Below are positions 60,195-64,000 of a stretch of DNA of 64,000 nt, piece after piece. The translations under genes and the position numbers were made by a program. Numbering within the stretch: position 1 is the first letter of the stretch; each line of letters opens with the position of its first letter. The notes under the pieces were generated by a model. That model ran no database searches. It was not told where the DNA came from and saw only the letters and a list, made by a program, of their open reading frames with translations. Origin of the DNA: an uncultured Alphaproteobacteria bacterium (GTDB lineage Bacteria > Pseudomonadota > Alphaproteobacteria > UBA8366 > JADFVY01). Location of the stretch: NCBI GenBank assembly GCA_947259105.1, contig CAMYKU010000009.1:1333-65332 (forward strand), in the 5' to 3' direction.

Positions 60195-61081
60195 CCGGGC
60201 CGATCCTGCTGCTTGGCGGCAACGGCCAGGTCGGCTGGGAATTGCGCCGGGCGTTGGCGCCGCTCGGCGACGTCCGGGCGCTGGATCGTGCCGATGTCGA
60301 TCTTGTGGATCACGACGCGCTGCGCCGCGCCGCGCGGGACGCGGCGCCGTCCCTCATCGTCAACGCGGCCGCCTATACGGCGGTGGACCGCGCCGAGGAG
60401 GACGCCGGACTGGCCCATGCCGTAAATGCCGAGGCGCCCCGAGTTCTTGCCGAGGAAGCGAAGCGGCTCGACGGCGGGCTGGTGCATTTTTCGACCGACT
60501 ACGTATTCGACGGGTCTGCGCCCCGCCCCTATCGGGAGACCGACGCGCCTTCGCCGGTCAACGAGTACGGCAAGAGCAAGCTTGCCGGCGAGGCGGCGAT
60601 CCAGGATATCGGCTGTGCCCATCTGATCCTGCGCACCAGCTGGATCTATTCGATGCGGGGCGCCAATTTCCTGCAGACGGTCCGCCGGCTCGCCGGCGAG
60701 CTGGAGGAACTCCGGATTGTCGGGGACCAGCGTGGGGCGCCGACCTGGGCGCGCTCGGTCGCCGAAGCGACGGCGTTGATTCTGGCGCGCTGCGGCGCGC
60801 CGGGCGGCACCGGCGACCTGCAGGAACGCGGCGGCCTTTATCACCTGACCGCGTCCGGCGAAACCAGCTGGCATGGCTTCGCCGTAGCGGTGGCGGACTG
60901 GATGCGCGCGACGGGACAGCCGGTCCGCTGCAGGCGGATCCACGATATCCCGACCACCGATTATCCGACACCGGCCAGACGCCCGGCGAACTCCCTGCTG
61001 GACTGCGGCAAGCTGCGGGAGACCTTCGGGATAACGCTGCCGGACTGGCGGCAGCAGCTCAGCCTTTGTCTGGAAGGGTGA
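60191..61081 (+). CDS. rfbD: dTDP-4-dehydrorhamnose reductase
   Basis: ILLLGGNGQVGWEL, STDYVFDG and YGKSKLAGE motifs. ATGA overlap with rfbC. Confidence 0.9.
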   Translation: MTGPILLLGGNGQVGWELRRALAPLGDVRALDRADVDLVDHDALRRAARDAAPSLIVNAAAYTAVDRAEEDAGLAHAVNAEAPRVLAEEAKRLDGGLVHFSTDYVFDGSAPRPYRETDAPSPVNEYGKSKLAGEAAIQDIGCAHLILRTSWIYSMRGANFLQTVRRLAGELEELRIVGDQRGAPTWARSVAEATALILARCGAPGGTGDLQERGGLYHLTASGETSWHGFAVAVADWMRATGQPVRCRRIHDIPTTDYPTPARRPANSLLDCGKLRETFGITLPDWRQQLSLCLEG

Positions 61082-62105
61082 CGGCGGAGCCGCTGCTGGC
61101 CGCGGTTTTTGGTTCTGCACGCAGGGCGGCGCCGCCGGGAACTGCTTCGCCGTCTTCCAGAATGCCCATTTCCAGTTCGATCCGGCGGACTTTTTCCAGG
61201 GTCATCTCCAGAAGCTGGCGGTTGAAGCTGATCAGGTCCGCGACGAGGCCGATCATAAAGGCCATGAAGCCGATGACCAGCAATGCGCCGCCCAGGACGA
61301 GCGACTGGACGTGCCCGGTGCCGTCGCCCGAAATATAGAAATACAGGAAACGCACCACCGGTACCGTGCCCAGCAAGGTGATCAGAAGACCGATCGCGAA
61401 GAAGACCTTGAGCGGCCGGTACATCGAATACATGCGCACCATCGTGGTCAGCGACCGCTCCAGGAATTTCGGTATGCTTGTGAACAGCCGGGATTCCCTT
61501 GTCATGGAATTGGTGCGGATCGGCACCGATTCGACCGACATGTATTTCCGGCCGGCCTGGATCAGCATCTCGATCGTATAGCTGAAGGGCGAGACGATAT
61601 TGAGGTGCAGCGCGGCGTCCCGCGACATCGCGCGGAATCCGCTGACGGCATCGGGTACTGCCGTGTTGGACAGCCGCCGGATGACCCGGCTGCCCGCCTT
61701 CTGCAGGAATTTCTTGAACGCCGAGAAATGCGGAATTGTGTGGGTCTGCCGGTCGCCCACGACGATGTCCGCACGCCCGTCCAGGATCGGCGCAATCAGC
61801 TTGGGAATATCGGCGCCGCAATACTGGTTGTCGCCGTCGGTATTGACGATGATGTCGGCGCCGCGCCGCAGGCAAGAATCGATCCCGGTACGGAAGGCCC
61901 GCGCCAGCCCTTTGCGATTGCGGTGCCGGACGATGTGATCGATGCCGAGTTCACGCGCGACGGCGACGGTGCGATCGGTGGAACCATCGTCGATGATCAG
62001 GATTTCCACCTTGTCGATGCCGGGAATGTTGCGCGGAATGTCGGCCACCGTTTGCGGCAGCGTCTCTTCCTCGTTGAGGCACGGTATCTGAACGATCAGT
62101 TTCAT
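61059..62105 (-). CDS. membrane-anchored GT2 polyprenyl-phosphate glycosyltransferase (GtrB/ArnC/DPM1-like)
   Basis: IVQIPCLNEEETL...IIDDGSTDRT and NTDGDNQ (DxD-like), with two C-terminal TM helices. Its 3' end overlaps the rfbD 3' end by 23 nt. Confidence 0.8.
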   Translation of the reverse strand: MKLIVQIPCLNEEETLPQTVADIPRNIPGIDKVEILIIDDGSTDRTVAVARELGIDHIVRHRNRKGLARAFRTGIDSCLRRGADIIVNTDGDNQYCGADIPKLIAPILDGRADIVVGDRQTHTIPHFSAFKKFLQKAGSRVIRRLSNTAVPDAVSGFRAMSRDAALHLNIVSPFSYTIEMLIQAGRKYMSVESVPIRTNSMTRESRLFTSIPKFLERSLTTMVRMYSMYRPLKVFFAIGLLITLLGTVPVVRFLYFYISGDGTGHVQSLVLGGALLVIGFMAFMIGLVADLISFNRQLLEMTLEKVRRIELEMGILEDGEAVPGGAALRAEPKTAASSGSAVTLPDKG

Positions 62106-64000
62106 GGCTCTTGTCGGTTGCCCCGGTTGCCGGGAGGGCTTGAGGCGTTGGGTGCGTTTCCGGCGGACGTGGCGGCCGGCATCAGGCGGTAAAGCGTTTC
62201 GTCGTCATGCTGCGCGATCTCGGTTGACCCGATCCCACCGAGAAGCCCCCGCTCATGCATGGCCGCCCAGTCCTCTTCGCTGAAATAGCCGAAGGCGGGG
62301 CGGTCCGTGGCAAGGTTTGCCTCGAGGAGGCCCCGGAAATCCCGGTAATCGTCCATGTTGACCCAGGCGTTTCGTGCGCCGGGCGTTTCCGTCAGCGCGA
62401 AGGACCCCGGGTCATAAACAGAAAACAGGATCGAATCCGCCGGGATATGCGCCGCCAGGAACTGTCCGGTCTCATGGCGGTACATGCGCAGCATATAGGT
62501 TCGCGGAAAATCCATGGCCATCGCCATCGCAAACGACCAGGCAAGGCAGGCGAAAACGGCAAGGAAGGCGAGACGCCGCAGCACCGGCGCTCCCCGCCTG
62601 ACCGCGGCAGCGGCCAAAAGGAACGCCAGCAGTGCCGCCAGCACCTGCGGGAGGCGCAATATCACCGGCTCCATCGCCGCAAGCGCGGTGTCGCGATAGA
62701 CCGCATAGAGCCAGACGAACGTACCGCAAACGGCGACGGCCGTCGCGGCCCCGCGAAGCGCCTTGGAACTCTCCCCGGCGGCCAGGCGGTGGATTCCGGC
62801 CGCGCCGTATATCGCGAACAACGGCAGCAGCGGCACGAAATAGCGAAGGTTGAAGGCATAGCCGCCATGCCAGGTATAGCGCCCGTAGATTGCCAGGAAC
62901 GCGCCCGCGGCCAGCAGGACGACCAGATGGGACATCGGCTTGTCCCGAGTACGCACAGCGGCCGCAAGCGGCAGGATCGCGACCGGCAGCCACGGCAGGC
63001 TCTGGATCAGCGCCTTCTTGAACGTTCCGGCGTAGACGATGCCGCCCATGGGACCGCGCGTCATGGCGATGCCGCCGGCCCGCTCGGGGATCAGGCCGAG
63101 ATCGGCGATCAGCACCCAACTGCCCCAGACGGTGCTGGTCAGCACATGCCGGATTTCCGGGCTGAAGCCGATCGCCGCGGCGGCCGGAAGGGCCACCGCA
63201 GCCACTGCCGCCCACCTGTTGCGAACCAGCATCGTCCAGGTGCGGTCGCGCGTCGCGACCCACGCGATGCCGAGAACGACAAGGGCCGTTGCGACCAGTG
63301 CGGTATAGCCCGACAGCGAGGCCGCACCGGCATCTCGCGCGTATGTCAGCGGATTGAAACTGCCGAACTTCGCGTGATTCGTGACCGACAGCAGTACCAG
63401 GCCCGGGGTCAGCCCGGCCGCCACGCCGAGCGCCTCGCGCCAGCGCGGCGGCCGGTCGAAAAGCAGGGGGACGAGCAGCGCGGGCGCTGCGAATATCACA
63501 TCCAGCCGGACGCCGGCGCCGAATCCGATCGCCATTCCGGCGGCCCAGGCGAGGATAACCGCCCATCGCCGCTCGGTCGACTGGACGGCGCCGACCGCGA
63601 AATAGACGCCGGCGACGAGAAAGGCCGCGGCCAGCAGCTGCGACCACGCGGCCTGCGAGTACTGCCATGCGAAGGTCGCCAGGGTAAGGACGATCAGCGC
63701 ATCGGCGGCAATCCTCTTGTCCCTCCATAACCGCTGCGACAGCAGGAAGGTGAAGGCGGCCAGGGCGATATAGGCGACCGCGTTGAGCGCAAAGAGGCCC
63801 CGGAAGCCGGCGATCTTGTAGAACGGCCAGGCGAGGACGGAGTGGAAATAGGGATACTGGGAAATCAGGCGGCCATCGGCGCGAACCTGGTGATTCCAGG
63901 TACGCAGTTCCGGTGAGGGATACTCGGCATGGCCGTTCCACAGGGCATGGGTCTGATCGTCCGCGAAGGCCTTGGCCATCTGGTGGTAAATGCCCTCGTC
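62102..64000 (-). CDS. GT-C fold membrane glycosyltransferase (ArnT/PMT, GT39/GT83-like), 5' end outside window
   Basis: More than 630 aa and polytopic. The frame stays open upstream of Met 63979 to the window edge (DEGIYHQMAKAF), giving a DE-type first-loop motif. ATGA overlap with the GT2 gene. Confidence 0.65.
   Translation of the reverse strand, partial: DEGIYHQMAKAFADDQTHALWNGHAEYPSPELRTWNHQVRADGRLISQYPYFHSVLAWPFYKIAGFRGLFALNAVAYIALAAFTFLLSQRLWRDKRIAADALIVLTLATFAWQYSQAAWSQLLAAAFLVAGVYFAVGAVQSTERRWAVILAWAAGMAIGFGAGVRLDVIFAAPALLVPLLFDRPPRWREALGVAAGLTPGLVLLSVTNHAKFGSFNPLTYARDAGAASLSGYTALVATALVVLGIAWVATRDRTWTMLVRNRWAAVAAVALPAAAAIGFSPEIRHVLTSTVWGSWVLIADLGLIPERAGGIAMTRGPMGGIVYAGTFKKALIQSLPWLPVAILPLAAAVRTRDKPMSHLVVLLAAGAFLAIYGRYTWHGGYAFNLRYFVPLLPLFAIYGAAGIHRLAAGESSKALRGAATAVAVCGTFVWLYAVYRDTALAAMEPVILRLPQVLAALLAFLLAAAAVRRGAPVLRRLAFLAVFACLAWSFAMAMAMDFPRTYMLRMYRHETGQFLAAHIPADSILFSVYDPGSFALTETPGARNAWVNMDDYRDFRGLLEANLATDRPAFGYFSEEDWAAMHERGLLGGIGSTEIAQHDDETLYRLMPAATSAGNAPNASSPPGNRGNRQEP

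Overview
This is about 64 kb of a high-GC bacterial chromosome. Hand-counted 60-nt lines in typical regions give 58-73 percent G+C. Gene content and synteny (rne / amiC-mrcA-prfB, an alpha-type cheZ, Rrf2-controlled suf genes) fit an alphaproteobacterium, possibly Rhodospirillales-like. That placement is inference and is not verified. I can support about 60 protein-coding genes. I saw no rRNA, tRNA or CRISPR array.

Layout:
- 1-11 kb: envelope and periplasmic enzymes (S9 peptidase, SDR epimerase, DsbA-like, M48-TPR protease, gamma-glutamyltransferase-like, aminotransferase).
- 11-19.3 kb: RNase E, then divergent amiC-mrcA-prfB. prfB carries the classical programmed +1 frameshift.
- 19.3-23.6 kb: RidA, DUF455, and a four-gene RimK operon (hypothetical, retropepsin-like protease, RimK, M14/AstE-like deacylase). 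It is driven by a near-consensus promoter that predicts a leaderless mRNA.
- 23.8-33.7 kb: bcp, glnE, a YhdP/AsmA-like giant, tyrS, an orphan cheZ-like gene, and an alpha/beta hydrolase.
- 33.9-43.6 kb: a 13-gene cysteine/Fe-S supercluster (cysE, two Rrf2 regulators, two cysteine desulfurases, sufBCDS-U-T-A, fdx).
- 43.7-64 kb: a mosaic surface-polysaccharide locus (GT4-like, GT2 x3, RgpF, two methyltransferases, wzx, rfbBACD, and a GT2 plus GT-C pair).

The most interesting parts are inside that locus:
- A roughly 6-kb low-GC cassette (wzx / MT-DegT-DegT-WbqC), with IS debris about 1 kb to its left beyond an intervening high-GC GT2 gene.
- An adjacent uncharacterised sulfotransferase plus two-membrane-protein operon.

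Neither corresponds to a pathway I can name. All functional calls come from motifs I recognise in the supplied translations. No database search was run.
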